Virus record (IMG/VR): IMGVR_UViG_3300025837_000009
Location: 1 to 35,248 of that record
DNA from: a virus
Taxonomy: Duplodnaviria > Caudoviricetes
Length of the DNA stretch: 35,248 nt
Direction: 5' to 3' (one strand)
A program made the position numbers and the translations under genes. Positions 1 through 8,005 of this stretch are shown here, piece after piece; the first letter of the stretch is position 1, and every line of letters starts with the position of its first letter. The notes beneath the pieces were generated by a model. The model ran no database searches. It was given only the letters and a program-made list of their open reading frames with translations, and was not told the DNA's origin.

Positions 1-783
1 CGTAGTATCGCTCGTGATGCGGTTGATACATCGTGGAAGAAGGATATTGTTGTTTGGGGTGAATGGTGTGGTAACGGAATTCAAAAAGGTGTTGCTATTT
101 CATCTTTGCCCAAGATGTTCGTAATCTTTGGGATGGCTTTTGTGGATGAAACAGGCCAAAAGACTTATTTTACTCGCACTCAAGTAATGGATACAGTCAA
201 TGGGTGCAGAGAGTATATTTTGAAAGCTGAAGGTGTCATTCCAGAGAAGAGTGCAATTTATTGTATCTGGGATTTTCCATATTACGAACTAGAAATTGAC
301 TTCGAGAATCCTCATGCAAGTCAAAATAAATTGAACGAAATTACTGCTGATGTCGAAGCTGAATGTATCGTAGGGAAAGCATTCGGTGTCAGTGGCACGG
401 GTGAAGGAATTGTTTGGCGACGTGTTGATGATGGCTGGAATGATTCTGGATACTGGTTTAAAGTAAAAGGAGATAAACACAGCAACAGCAAAGTGAAAAC
501 ACTCGCAAAAGTAGATATTGAGAAAATCAATAATCTCAATGTGCTCGCCAATACATTAGCTCACAATGGTCGACTCGAACAAGCTGCTCAAAACGTATTC
601 GATACATTAAATGGGGGTGAAATTGACATCAAGCGAACAGGTGAAATGATTAAATGGGTCATGCAGGATATTTTCAAGGAAGAAATTGAAGTCATTGCAG
701 CATCTGGATTTACTGGAAAGGAAATTAATAAACCCATTGCTAAGATTGTGTGTGATTACATTATGCAGAGGATGGAATTATGA
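1..783 (+). CDS. ATP-dependent RNA ligase (Rnl2-like nucleotidyltransferase), 5'-truncated by the window edge
   Basis: Frame 1 is open from base 1 (RSIARDAVDTSWKKDIVVWGEWCGNGIQKGVAISSLPKMFVIF...), so the TTG at 106 is internal. Nucleotidyltransferase motifs are present: III (WGEWCG), IIIa (FVIF), IV (GEGIVW), V (FKVKG). Confidence 0.8.
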   Translation, partial: RSIARDAVDTSWKKDIVVWGEWCGNGIQKGVAISSLPKMFVIFGMAFVDETGQKTYFTRTQVMDTVNGCREYILKAEGVIPEKSAIYCIWDFPYYELEIDFENPHASQNKLNEITADVEAECIVGKAFGVSGTGEGIVWRRVDDGWNDSGYWFKVKGDKHSNSKVKTLAKVDIEKINNLNVLANTLAHNGRLEQAAQNVFDTLNGGEIDIKRTGEMIKWVMQDIFKEEIEVIAASGFTGKEINKPIAKIVCDYIMQRMEL

Positions 784-950
784 CAGAAAGGTTCTTGCAT
801 TTGACAATTCAAACTCTTGCGGATGGTACTGTGAGAATTTATGGAAATGGTGGAATGATTTTTGAAGCACATGGAGAAAATCTTCGCATTGAATCATCGA
901 TTTATCAGAAAGAACGACCAAATTCTGGTGAATTGAGCGCTAAGAAATAA
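780..950 (+). CDS. small hypothetical protein (56 aa, MTERFLHLTIQTLADG...)
   Basis: ATG at 780 overlaps the ligase stop (ATGA) and the frame is open to TAA at 950. It fills the gap and is below the ORF-track cutoff. Confidence 0.55.
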   Translation: MTERFLHLTIQTLADGTVRIYGNGGMIFEAHGENLRIESSIYQKERPNSGELSAKK

Positions 951-1005
951 TCATTTTCGATTATAATTGACACCACAACATTTTTAATTTATTATAAGGA
1001 TAATT

Positions 1006-1200
1006 ATGACAAACTACAAGTTCATCAAAGCAGAATCCCTTTACGACCCAGAAATGATTTTCTATTTCCTCGAACGAGAAACGTTAGAAAAACAGATTGA
1101 TGGAATTCGTTTTATTGAAGTAACAACAGATTTTAAGACTGCTCAGTTTATTCGAGCTGATAGCCTGAAACCCATTGGCTTCGTGATGAAACAATACTGA
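1006..1200 (+). CDS. hypothetical protein (64 aa)
   Basis: Good Shine-Dalgarno (TAAGGA) shortly before the ATG; same strand as its neighbours. Confidence 0.7.
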   Translation: MTNYKFIKAESLYDPEMIFYFLERETLEKQIDGIRFIEVTTDFKTAQFIRADSLKPIGFVMKQY

Positions 1201-1216
1201 TAATTGGAGACATAAA

Positions 1217-1612
1217 ATGGCACGCAAAGTATTCGATGTAGAAAAAAAGAAGGCAGATGTAGTAAAAGTAGTACGTTATTTCCGGCGCTGGGACTTTTAT
1301 AATGACCAAATCTCTTCTAGTGGTGGTATGACAGCAGTGTGTAAGCTCGATTATTCCAACATGACATTGACAATATATCCAGCATTCTGTGCTGAAACGG
1401 ATAATTTTTCGAAGTCAATCGGTCTTGCTCATGCTTATGCTAATGAGGCTAATAATATCGGATTTATGTTCCATTTGCATCGAGACTATTCCATTCATGA
1501 TAACATTAAAATCGGTTTGACTCACCAAACATTTCTAACATGCGGCACATCTAGCAAATCGAAGTCACTCATTAAACACCTTTATAACTGGGCAAATGAT
1601 TATGCCTATTAA
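1217..1612 (+). CDS. hypothetical protein (131 aa)
   Basis: GGAG SD upstream of the ATG; overlaps the start of the next gene. Confidence 0.7.
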   Translation: MARKVFDVEKKKADVVKVVRYFRRWDFYNDQISSSGGMTAVCKLDYSNMTLTIYPAFCAETDNFSKSIGLAHAYANEANNIGFMFHLHRDYSIHDNIKIGLTHQTFLTCGTSSKSKSLIKHLYNWANDYAY

Positions 1613-1850
1613 AGAGGAGCTTGAATCTCAATTCTTGAATGGAGAAAAGTTCTATATGTGCGTAGAGGATGCAGTTATAGACAATCGCCTATCATATATG
1701 GAATCTATAATGCATGTGTGTGATAGCAAAGGAATTGACCCAGAGGATTTAGTAAAATTGAAATTAGTTTCGCCTATCCTCAAATGCAAGTTAGAGGAAG
1801 AATCTATTGCATTGGGTTTGTTGAAGGAAACATCTAAATTGCCATTCTGA
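1596..1850 (+). CDS. gp33: late-promoter transcription co-activator, T4 gp33-like
   Basis: Sequence pattern (F...VE......SYMESI...C....IDPE.....SPILK.KLEEE...LGLLK..SKLPF), size and position directly before gp59-gp32. Confidence 0.85.
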   Translation: MIMPIKEELESQFLNGEKFYMCVEDAVIDNRLSYMESIMHVCDSKGIDPEDLVKLKLVSPILKCKLEEESIALGLLKETSKLPF

Positions 1851-1851
1851 A

Positions 1852-2421
1852 ATGTCAATTCAGTCTTATAAATTTTATAAAATTTATTCAGCTGTGAACT
1901 TGCATTTTACTTCTTCTTATGATATCTTCAAATATAAGGGAAAGACAAGGACGATTTCAGGTGATGCATTTGATAAAAGGAGCGATAAATCGCGCTTCTC
2001 ATATTTCGCAAAATTTATAAATTCAGACAAACATGCATTACAATTTTGTGTTTTTAATTTCTTGTATAACACAGATTGGTTATACAAAGATTATGCCTCA
2101 GCAAATGATAAATATTTTGAGAAGAATAAATTTTATTCGACTTTCACTAGGAACATAACAAATGATTTTGACACCATTGAATCCATCAGAAAGAATAAAG
2201 ATGTATCGTTCGAGTCCCTCTTTGAAGAAACTAGAACAGGAAACCCTCCACCAATTCTCCAGTTACTTTGGAAAAATGATATTAGTATTGAGTTCGTTTG
2301 TTTGTGTGATGCTACTTATCATTTATTTGAACGGTTGAAGAATTCAAAGGACCCTTTAGTGAAAGAAGAAGTTAGAAAAATTTGCAAGTATTCACCATTC
2401 GTGTTATCATTTAGGAAATAG
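1852..2421 (+). CDS. gp59: helicase loader, T4 gp59-like
   Basis: N-terminal YKIYSAVNLHF...YDIFKYKGK...FDKRSDK..F motif, C-terminal PPILQL and KYSPF; 33-59-32 synteny. Confidence 0.9.
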   Translation: MSIQSYKFYKIYSAVNLHFTSSYDIFKYKGKTRTISGDAFDKRSDKSRFSYFAKFINSDKHALQFCVFNFLYNTDWLYKDYASANDKYFEKNKFYSTFTRNITNDFDTIESIRKNKDVSFESLFEETRTGNPPPILQLLWKNDISIEFVCLCDATYHLFERLKNSKDPLVKEEVRKICKYSPFVLSFRK

Positions 2422-2425
2422 AGAA

Positions 2426-2590
2426 GTGGACAAGAAATTCCATAAAAAACGTTTTAACGATGAAGTTGACGAGAATATCGCTCGCAAACAAAAGAAACAA
2501 AGATTGAATGAAATCCTAGAAGAGGAAGCACTCGACTATGATGAAGAAAATGAAGAACTTTATTTACAGTTGAAGCACCTTTTAAAGTGA
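2426..2590 (+). CDS. small highly charged hypothetical protein (54 aa, MDKKFHKKRFNDEVDE...)
   Basis: GTG at 2426 preceded by AGGAA; open to TGA at 2590; basic N-terminal half and acidic C-terminal half; fills the gp59-gp32 gap. Confidence 0.55.
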   Translation: MDKKFHKKRFNDEVDENIARKQKKQRLNEILEEEALDYDEENEELYLQLKHLLK

Positions 2591-2597
2591 TTTTACT

Positions 2598-2607
2598 GTA
2601 ATAAATA
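2598..2607 (+). promoter_or_regulatory. putative late promoter (GTAATAAATA) upstream of gene 32
   Basis: Variant of the T4 late -10 box TATAAATA; the same RTRATAAATA motif recurs at five other intergenic sites. Confidence 0.55.
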
Positions 2608-2610
2608 AAG

Positions 2611-2662
2611 ATGTGGAGTGCTGTTACTCCACATTACATTATGATTTTGTGATTTTTAACAG
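2611..2662 (+). promoter_or_regulatory. gene 32 leader stem-loop / possible H-type pseudoknot
   Basis: Perfect 9-bp stem ATGTGGAGT (2611-2619) / ACTCCACAT (2626-2634); loop CTGTT is complementary to AACAG at 2658-2662. Confidence 0.5.
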
Positions 2663-2716
2663 GTTGGCACGTATGATGAAATGTCGAAAAGCCGTTTAAA
2701 ATAAAGGAAATATAAA

Positions 2717-3583
2717 ATGTCAGCAATGAACAAACTCTTAGCAGCAGTCCAAAAAGCAAAAACAAACTCTTCCGATAGAATAGATGAATTCTTCTATTAT
2801 CCAGCACGTGATGCAGCCGGCAATGGGTCTGCTGTAATTAGGTTCCTCCCATCAGCAACAGAAGAAGATTTACCATTCGTCAAATTGTACACTCACGGTT
2901 TCCAAGGACCAAATGGAAAATGGTTGATTGATAATTGTCTCACTACAATCGACGAAGAATGCCCAGTATGTGCTGAAAATGGCAAGTTGTATGCTGCTAT
3001 GTCAAAAGACGATGCTCGCAAATATGGCATGAATCGTAAGACATCATATATTGCAAGAGTGCTTGTAATCGAAGACAAGAAAAATCCTGAACACGAAGGC
3101 AATGTATATCTCTACAAGTTCGGTACTAAGATTTTTGATATGATTGCAGATGCTTTGCAGCCTGTGGATGAAGATGATAAGAAGTACAACGTTTTTGGTG
3201 TAGATGATGATGAAAACAATTGGCCAAATTTCAAACTTAGAATTCGCAAGGTAGATGGACAAGTAAATTACGGTAAATCCACCTTTGAATCGGGGGATGA
3301 TATTGATGTCGATTTCAAGGCTCAATATAATGCAGAAAATAATCCTCAGAAGTTTATTCAAAAGGACAAATTCAAATCATTCGAAGCATTGCAGAAACGA
3401 CTTGATTTTGTATTAGCCAAGGTTCCTGATACTCGTAACACACCTACTGTATCTGACGATGAAGAAGAAGTCCAGACTAAAGTAGTAAAAGAAACTAAAA
3501 CTAAGCGAACAGAAGTAGAAACTGACGATGATACAGATGATGTTATGAATCTAATCAGAAGTCTCGCAGAAAAATCTGAGTAA
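2717..3583 (+). CDS. gp32: single-stranded DNA-binding protein, T4 gp32-like
   Basis: D.AGNGSAVIRFLP, Zn ligands in HGFQ...NC......CPVC, YKFGTKIFD, NFKLRIRKVDG..NY..S.F, acidic C-terminal tail, AAGGAA SD. Confidence 0.96.
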   Translation: MSAMNKLLAAVQKAKTNSSDRIDEFFYYPARDAAGNGSAVIRFLPSATEEDLPFVKLYTHGFQGPNGKWLIDNCLTTIDEECPVCAENGKLYAAMSKDDARKYGMNRKTSYIARVLVIEDKKNPEHEGNVYLYKFGTKIFDMIADALQPVDEDDKKYNVFGVDDDENNWPNFKLRIRKVDGQVNYGKSTFESGDDIDVDFKAQYNAENNPQKFIQKDKFKSFEALQKRLDFVLAKVPDTRNTPTVSDDEEEVQTKVVKETKTKRTEVETDDDTDDVMNLIRSLAEKSE

Positions 3584-3589
3584 ATTCAA

Positions 3590-5305
3590 TTAAGCAAATT
3601 TAGCCCTCGTATTCAGGAATAGTGTTATGCTATTATCTGGATTTCGGGGGCTATCTTTTTGTCCTGCTCCTTTGCTCGATATAGCCGATATATTTTGTGT
3701 CAATTGTTGATTGTTTTGACTAACAGCTGTACTCACAGCATTTGCCAAATTTTCTGTTTTTGCTATATCTTTATTTTTCTCAGTAATTTTTCCTTGAGTT
3801 TCTAATTCTGCTGCATCATTTTTGTGTTGAACTTCAAGTTTTTTCTTCTCGTGTGCATTTGCTGCTTCTCTGTATGTTACTTCTTTTCCAGTATCCCAAT
3901 CCTTCCATCCATTATCGTAATATGCAGTACCTTGGAATTGTGAATATTTTTTATTAGCTTCACCCTGTCTAATATCGTGTGATTTTCTGTCACCAGTCAA
4001 TACTTCAAAGAAGCTAGGGGAATCGGATTCTGAACCAACAGCAACTCTCGCCTCTTTACTTTCTTTTATACCATGTTCTCTATATTCTTTTTCTCCCTTT
4101 ATCATTAGAGCAAGAATACCAACTGTACTTGCAATACCAGCAGCCGCTGTAATAAAAGGCGTACTCAGAATAACACTAGCACCAGATAATCCTGTTTTTA
4201 GTATAGCAGGCAATTTAGACGCAAGAGAAGCAGCAATTCCAGCGCTTATTGTATCTCCCAATGATGAAGTATCTGATGTATCCTGAAGTGTCTTTATATC
4301 TTCGTCTATCTTTTCAAGGATTTCATAATTCTTTTCTTTTGATTCTATATCTGCTTCTATTAATTCATCTGATGTTTCATCTTTTTCTTCTTTTAATGCA
4401 CTATCAGATGAATCTAGGTCATCTACTATATCAGGAGAATCAAAAATATATGATGGTGCTGAGATAGGCGCTGCAGGAGGTACTACAGGAGCAGGTACAA
4501 CAGGAGCAGGTACTACCGGAGGTGGTACATTACTCTTCGGTTTAATGAGTTTCCAGATAGAACTCAACCCTGATTTTGCTGTATCAATTACTTCAACGAG
4601 TCCTTTTTCTGCTGGTGTAAGTATTGCTTCATAATTTTCTTTAGTATTTACTTTTTTGTCCCAATCTTTCTTTGTTTCTTTAATCGCTTTTATAAGACGA
4701 ATTTCTTCTTCTGTCGCAAGATGTTTTTTGTCTAATATCCTTTTTTCTTCGGATAGAATCAGCGCGCGGTATTTATTATCTTCCGCAAATCCCTTTTTAT
4801 CTAATACAATTTGTTTGTTTTCTTCTGTTGTCTTGGATGTATTCGGGTCGTAATATCGCGGTTTAAATACATCCGCTATACCTCTTTTGGGTGTTGTTGT
4901 TGGTTTTATATCAATACCAATATCATGAGCAGATGCTCTTTTATGCAATTTTCCCAGTCCACTCTTTACATGTGAAGCAGCATTGGCTGAAATGTTACCT
5001 TTACTCGTGACAGCACCTTCTTCTATCAATAATTGTTGCAATTCTGGTGCAAGTAAAGTAATCGATTGACCGTGTATTTTATGAAAATAAGAATTGAGGT
5101 AATTGTTGAATTCTTCTTTATTCGTCTTGAATAGGACTCTTAGTTCTTGTTCTTCTTTCTTTATCAATTCATCTTGTTCTGTTTTTGTTATAACAGCACC
5201 AACATTCGTCAAATGCTCATCTACTAGATTGAATGCCATGACTCTAATCATAGAATTAAATCTCTTTTTTTGTTTATCTACATTTGCGTTTGATAAAATC
5301 GCCAT
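3590..5305 (-). CDS. putative baseplate hub / tail tape-measure protein (gp29-like)
   Basis: 571 aa, mostly helical and charged, with a Pro-rich linker and a hydrophobic Ala/Gly segment. Lies directly after gp26/gp51 and is close to T4 gp29 in length. The ORF is secure; the function is inferred from synteny. Confidence 0.55.
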   Translation of the reverse strand: MAILSNANVDKQKKRFNSMIRVMAFNLVDEHLTNVGAVITKTEQDELIKKEEQELRVLFKTNKEEFNNYLNSYFHKIHGQSITLLAPELQQLLIEEGAVTSKGNISANAASHVKSGLGKLHKRASAHDIGIDIKPTTTPKRGIADVFKPRYYDPNTSKTTEENKQIVLDKKGFAEDNKYRALILSEEKRILDKKHLATEEEIRLIKAIKETKKDWDKKVNTKENYEAILTPAEKGLVEVIDTAKSGLSSIWKLIKPKSNVPPPVVPAPVVPAPVVPPAAPISAPSYIFDSPDIVDDLDSSDSALKEEKDETSDELIEADIESKEKNYEILEKIDEDIKTLQDTSDTSSLGDTISAGIAASLASKLPAILKTGLSGASVILSTPFITAAAGIASTVGILALMIKGEKEYREHGIKESKEARVAVGSESDSPSFFEVLTGDRKSHDIRQGEANKKYSQFQGTAYYDNGWKDWDTGKEVTYREAANAHEKKKLEVQHKNDAAELETQGKITEKNKDIAKTENLANAVSTAVSQNNQQLTQNISAISSKGAGQKDSPRNPDNSITLFLNTRAKFA

Positions 5306-5309
5306 GACA

Positions 5310-5477
5310 CTATTCCTCGTTATCTTGCTTTTGTTTTAATAATCCTACATAGATACTTCTTTCCCATGGCAACATATCTTCCAATTCTGTCAACGTAAAA
5401 TGTTTTTTATTGACAAGAAAAAAATTCAATTTAAAATATTCAGCCAGCCCCTCCTCTGAGAGGCCTAACCGAAAAAA
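5310..5477 (-). CDS. gp51: gp51-like baseplate hub assembly ORF with no ATG at its 5' end; probable -1 frameshift extension of gp26
   Basis: The -1 frame relative to gp26 reads FFRLGLSEEGLAEYFKLNFFLVNKKHFTLTELEDMLPWERSIYVGLLKQKQDNEE*. LTELE.M.PWER.IY is the signature of the short gp51-type proteins of T4-like phages. Bounded by TAA (5478-5480) and TAG (5310-5312). Confidence 0.75.
   Translation of the reverse strand, partial: FFRLGLSEEGLAEYFKLNFFLVNKKHFTLTELEDMLPWERSIYVGLLKQKQDNEE
5446..5477 (-). promoter_or_regulatory. putative -1 programmed ribosomal frameshift signal
   Basis: In-frame heptamer T TTT TTC (5477-5471), 5-nt spacer GGTTA, then stem-loop GGCCTCTC-AGAG-GAGGGGCT (5465-5446). 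Confidence 0.65.
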
Positions 5478-6148
5478 TTATCGATGCCTTCTATGTGAAT
5501 TTTATTTTCGTGGCCGCATTTGCATTTATATGCAATATCGATAGTCAATACTGGGAAATTTTTATAAAATTGAGTTAATTTGACTAACTGATGATTCATT
5601 AATGATTCTACTAATTCGACTAGTTCCTGTTCAGTATAATCGCGCGCATGTTTGATATTTTCACCTTCGATGATAGTATCAATAGACATAGCGATAGCAA
5701 GAATATCATCCGTTTCTTTTATCCTCAAAGAATCCTTCAACGATGGGACCTTCATCGTCAACCACACATCTTTCATTATCTCAATTGGTTCAATTTTCAA
5801 TTCACCATTCACAAATGCAGTAGTCAAATCCATTAACAGAGGTGTCTTGATACTACATTCTTCACATATTCCTTTGATGTTGATACCTTCGCCGATTGAT
5901 TTGCTTCTAAGTTGAAGGAACAAGAATTCAGCATCGATTTTGTTAATCGAGTCAATTGTTACTTTACCGAAAGTGCAATTATTAAATATCTGATTCATTG
6001 CTGTCAGCATCATATCAGTGTTCTGTTCTTCCTGTGCAAGAAGTAAAATCTTCTCTTCCTTTACTGTGAACGGACGATATTTAATTTCTTTTTTAGAGAT
6101 AGGTAGTGTACAAACATATTCTGGTAAACGCATTTCTATAATTGCCAT
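5465..6148 (-). CDS. gp26: baseplate hub subunit / assembly chaperone, T4 gp26-like
   Basis: LP.Y...LP.SKKEIKYRPFTVKEEKILLLA, D.EFLFLQLRSKSIGE, CxxC and CxC Zn-ribbon motifs, C-terminal IEGIDNFF; GAGGA SD. Confidence 0.9.
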   Translation of the reverse strand: MAIIEMRLPEYVCTLPISKKEIKYRPFTVKEEKILLLAQEEQNTDMMLTAMNQIFNNCTFGKVTIDSINKIDAEFLFLQLRSKSIGEGINIKGICEECSIKTPLLMDLTTAFVNGELKIEPIEIMKDVWLTMKVPSLKDSLRIKETDDILAIAMSIDTIIEGENIKHARDYTEQELVELVESLMNHQLVKLTQFYKNFPVLTIDIAYKCKCGHENKIHIEGIDNFFG

Positions 6149-6168
6149 GATAATAATCCTCTTTATAA

Positions 6169-6993
6169 TTAAATTTTAATTGGTCCGGTGAACCATTTTG
6201 GTACATTAGTTATTGTGTTTTTTACTTGATTCACTAGACTTATATCAGTACTGAATGGACCAATATTCAACATATTATTTGATGTAGTGTCAGCCACAGG
6301 TTCACCAGATTGTCTATATGATAGAATGTCCTCATATTTGACAGTTTCATATACTAGCTCTACTGTTACTTCTTGGTGTCTCAAATTATCAGAACCGTAA
6401 CTGACATTCTGAACTGTTTTTATGAAAGAGTTCTCGAAAATGTAGCTGTTTACTGGGTCGAAATTCTCATCTGTTGCTATAATCTGTATATTGAATTGTA
6501 TATCTTCTTTATATTTAGGTGAATATGAATCAGTGTTAAATATAGATACTTTAGTCTTATTCATAAAAAACGATTCTAACCTGTGCATTACATCGACATT
6601 GAATGTCATCCATATAGGGTCTTGTTCAAGTTCTACTGGTATCTCATATTGCAATCCGTAAATCTTACCCGGTTGTGGTTTGACTCTCCAACCTGGTATT
6701 GTGATTTTATTCAGGTGGAATCCCATTGACATTATCTCTTCTAATGTCGCACCTTTCATCATTATATAACCAACATAGTAATAACCCCTCGATAGTCTGA
6801 ATTGGTCATTTTTTAATGTAGATGTGAATGCTGATAATGAAAACGCATCATTATTCTGTTGTTCTGTAGTTTCTTTTTTACCGAAAGCATCATAAGCTAT
6901 TTTGGCTGCACCTAATAAAAGTGCATTATTCGGCTTGGTCAATTTCTGTAGGTTATCGACAACAGTATCTTTTATGCTCATTTTTTGCTCCAT
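6169..6993 (-). CDS. gp54: tail-tube-fold baseplate protein (gp54-like tube initiator)
   Basis: Tube-fold pattern (ITIPG...YG....IP......I.MTF.VD...EVTVELVYE) and position between gp2 and gp26. Confidence 0.5.
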   Translation of the reverse strand: MEQKMSIKDTVVDNLQKLTKPNNALLLGAAKIAYDAFGKKETTEQQNNDAFSLSAFTSTLKNDQFRLSRGYYYVGYIMMKGATLEEIMSMGFHLNKITIPGWRVKPQPGKIYGLQYEIPVELEQDPIWMTFNVDVMHRLESFFMNKTKVSIFNTDSYSPKYKEDIQFNIQIIATDENFDPVNSYIFENSFIKTVQNVSYGSDNLRHQEVTVELVYETVKYEDILSYRQSGEPVADTTSNNMLNIGPFSTDISLVNQVKNTITNVPKWFTGPIKI

Positions 6994-7538
6994 ACTTGTT
7001 CGTTAGTAGCACCATGGAATCTACACAAAGGAAGCCACACAACATATTTCCATTCTTTGGGTGGTATCACAATAAAACTACTCTTCAGCTGTTTGAATAG
7101 ATATTTCTTGACACAAACACTTATTTCAGAAAACTGAGATGCACTTTTTAATGTCTGCCAACTAAATGCCAACCTTGTTTTTGGTGTCAATTTATCGTCA
7201 GTTGCATATACCATCAATTTTTCTAATAATACTGCTCTGACTCTAGGATGTAGATAATGCAGATTTAATGCAGTGAAAGAATCCTTGTCTGCATTGAAAG
7301 GTAGAATCATTGGAAATGTGTCATAATACGGGAGAGTATCTTTTCCTTTGGGGTCATAGAAGAAACTTACCATATCACCAGGAACTATATTCTTTGTCTG
7401 ATGTGCTCGATTATCCCCAAAGAACTTTTGAGCAGACATACCAGCGGCAGCATTTCTGACATTAGTTTCATACCAATTCCACGAAAGTTTGCTCTCTTTC
7501 TTAGCATTAGCATGTATAATTGACCTTATATCACTCAT
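6978..7538 (-). CDS. gp2: DNA end protector protein, T4 gp2-like
   Basis: PGDM..FFYDPKGKDTLPYYDTFP, LNLHYL.P..RA.LL, CVKKYL, EW...LP...F...T..QVW. Confidence 0.93.
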   Translation of the reverse strand: MSDIRSIIHANAKKESKLSWNWYETNVRNAAAGMSAQKFFGDNRAHQTKNIVPGDMVSFFYDPKGKDTLPYYDTFPMILPFNADKDSFTALNLHYLHPRVRAVLLEKLMVYATDDKLTPKTRLAFSWQTLKSASQFSEISVCVKKYLFKQLKSSFIVIPPKEWKYVVWLPLCRFHGATNEQVWSKK

Positions 7539-8005
7539 TTTCCGGTTGTGTCCAATTCTTCCTGGTATTCACCAGTTAATGTTATTGCTTTTGGTAATTT
7601 ATCTTCAATCGTCGATGTATCAAAATCACCAACATCATAAGATAATGACAAATGTGTTTTATATTCTGGATAATCATAAGTAGCTTTATGTTCATCCATT
7701 AATTGATTGTGTCTCTTTACTATTTTAGGTGAAGTAAATTTCATCACTAGACAATTTTTACCAGATTTTGTTGGCCAAATCTCAACTCCAGTCACATTCC
7801 CATTAAACTTAACATCTGGTTCAGGCTTGTAATTTGGAAGGAATTTCCTGCTGTATAGAAGAGTGCAATGTAACTTGTTTGCTTGTTCTACATTTGGCAC
7901 ACCCAACGATTTACAAATGTCGTATAATGCCTTTGCATCTTCTTTTGTGGGTCTTAGTGCAGCGTATGTTCCTTTTTGCGAATACTCTTTAAATCCCATC
8001 ATCAT
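7535..8005 (-). CDS. acb1: 2H phosphodiesterase, T4 gp57B / anti-CBASS nuclease Acb1-like
   Basis: Two HxT/S motifs (KLHCTLLYSR; YKTHLSLSYDVG) plus MxxFKEY...GTYAA, LGVPN, EIW, ATYDY and EYQEEL, all collinear with T4 gp57B as I recall it; about 155 aa. Confidence 0.85.
   Translation of the reverse strand: MMMGFKEYSQKGTYAALRPTKEDAKALYDICKSLGVPNVEQANKLHCTLLYSRKFLPNYKPEPDVKFNGNVTGVEIWPTKSGKNCLVMKFTSPKIVKRHNQLMDEHKATYDYPEYKTHLSLSYDVGDFDTSTIEDKLPKAITLTGEYQEELDTTGK

Noticed and set aside
935-1000. Sigma70 promoter (TATAAT at 962-967, TTGACA at 967-972)
   Set aside because: The TATAAT has no good -35 at 17 nt, and the TTGACA has only a weak AT-rich -10; too ambiguous in AT-rich DNA.
3575-3600. Terminator between convergent gp32 and the 571-aa gene
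   Set aside because: The gap is only 6 nt and I see no convincing GC stem with a U tract.
5465-5467. Stop-codon reassignment (TAG readthrough) as the explanation for gp26/gp51
   Set aside because: The gp51-like peptide is in the -1 frame, not in frame with the TAG, and conserved genes elsewhere are intact under the standard code.
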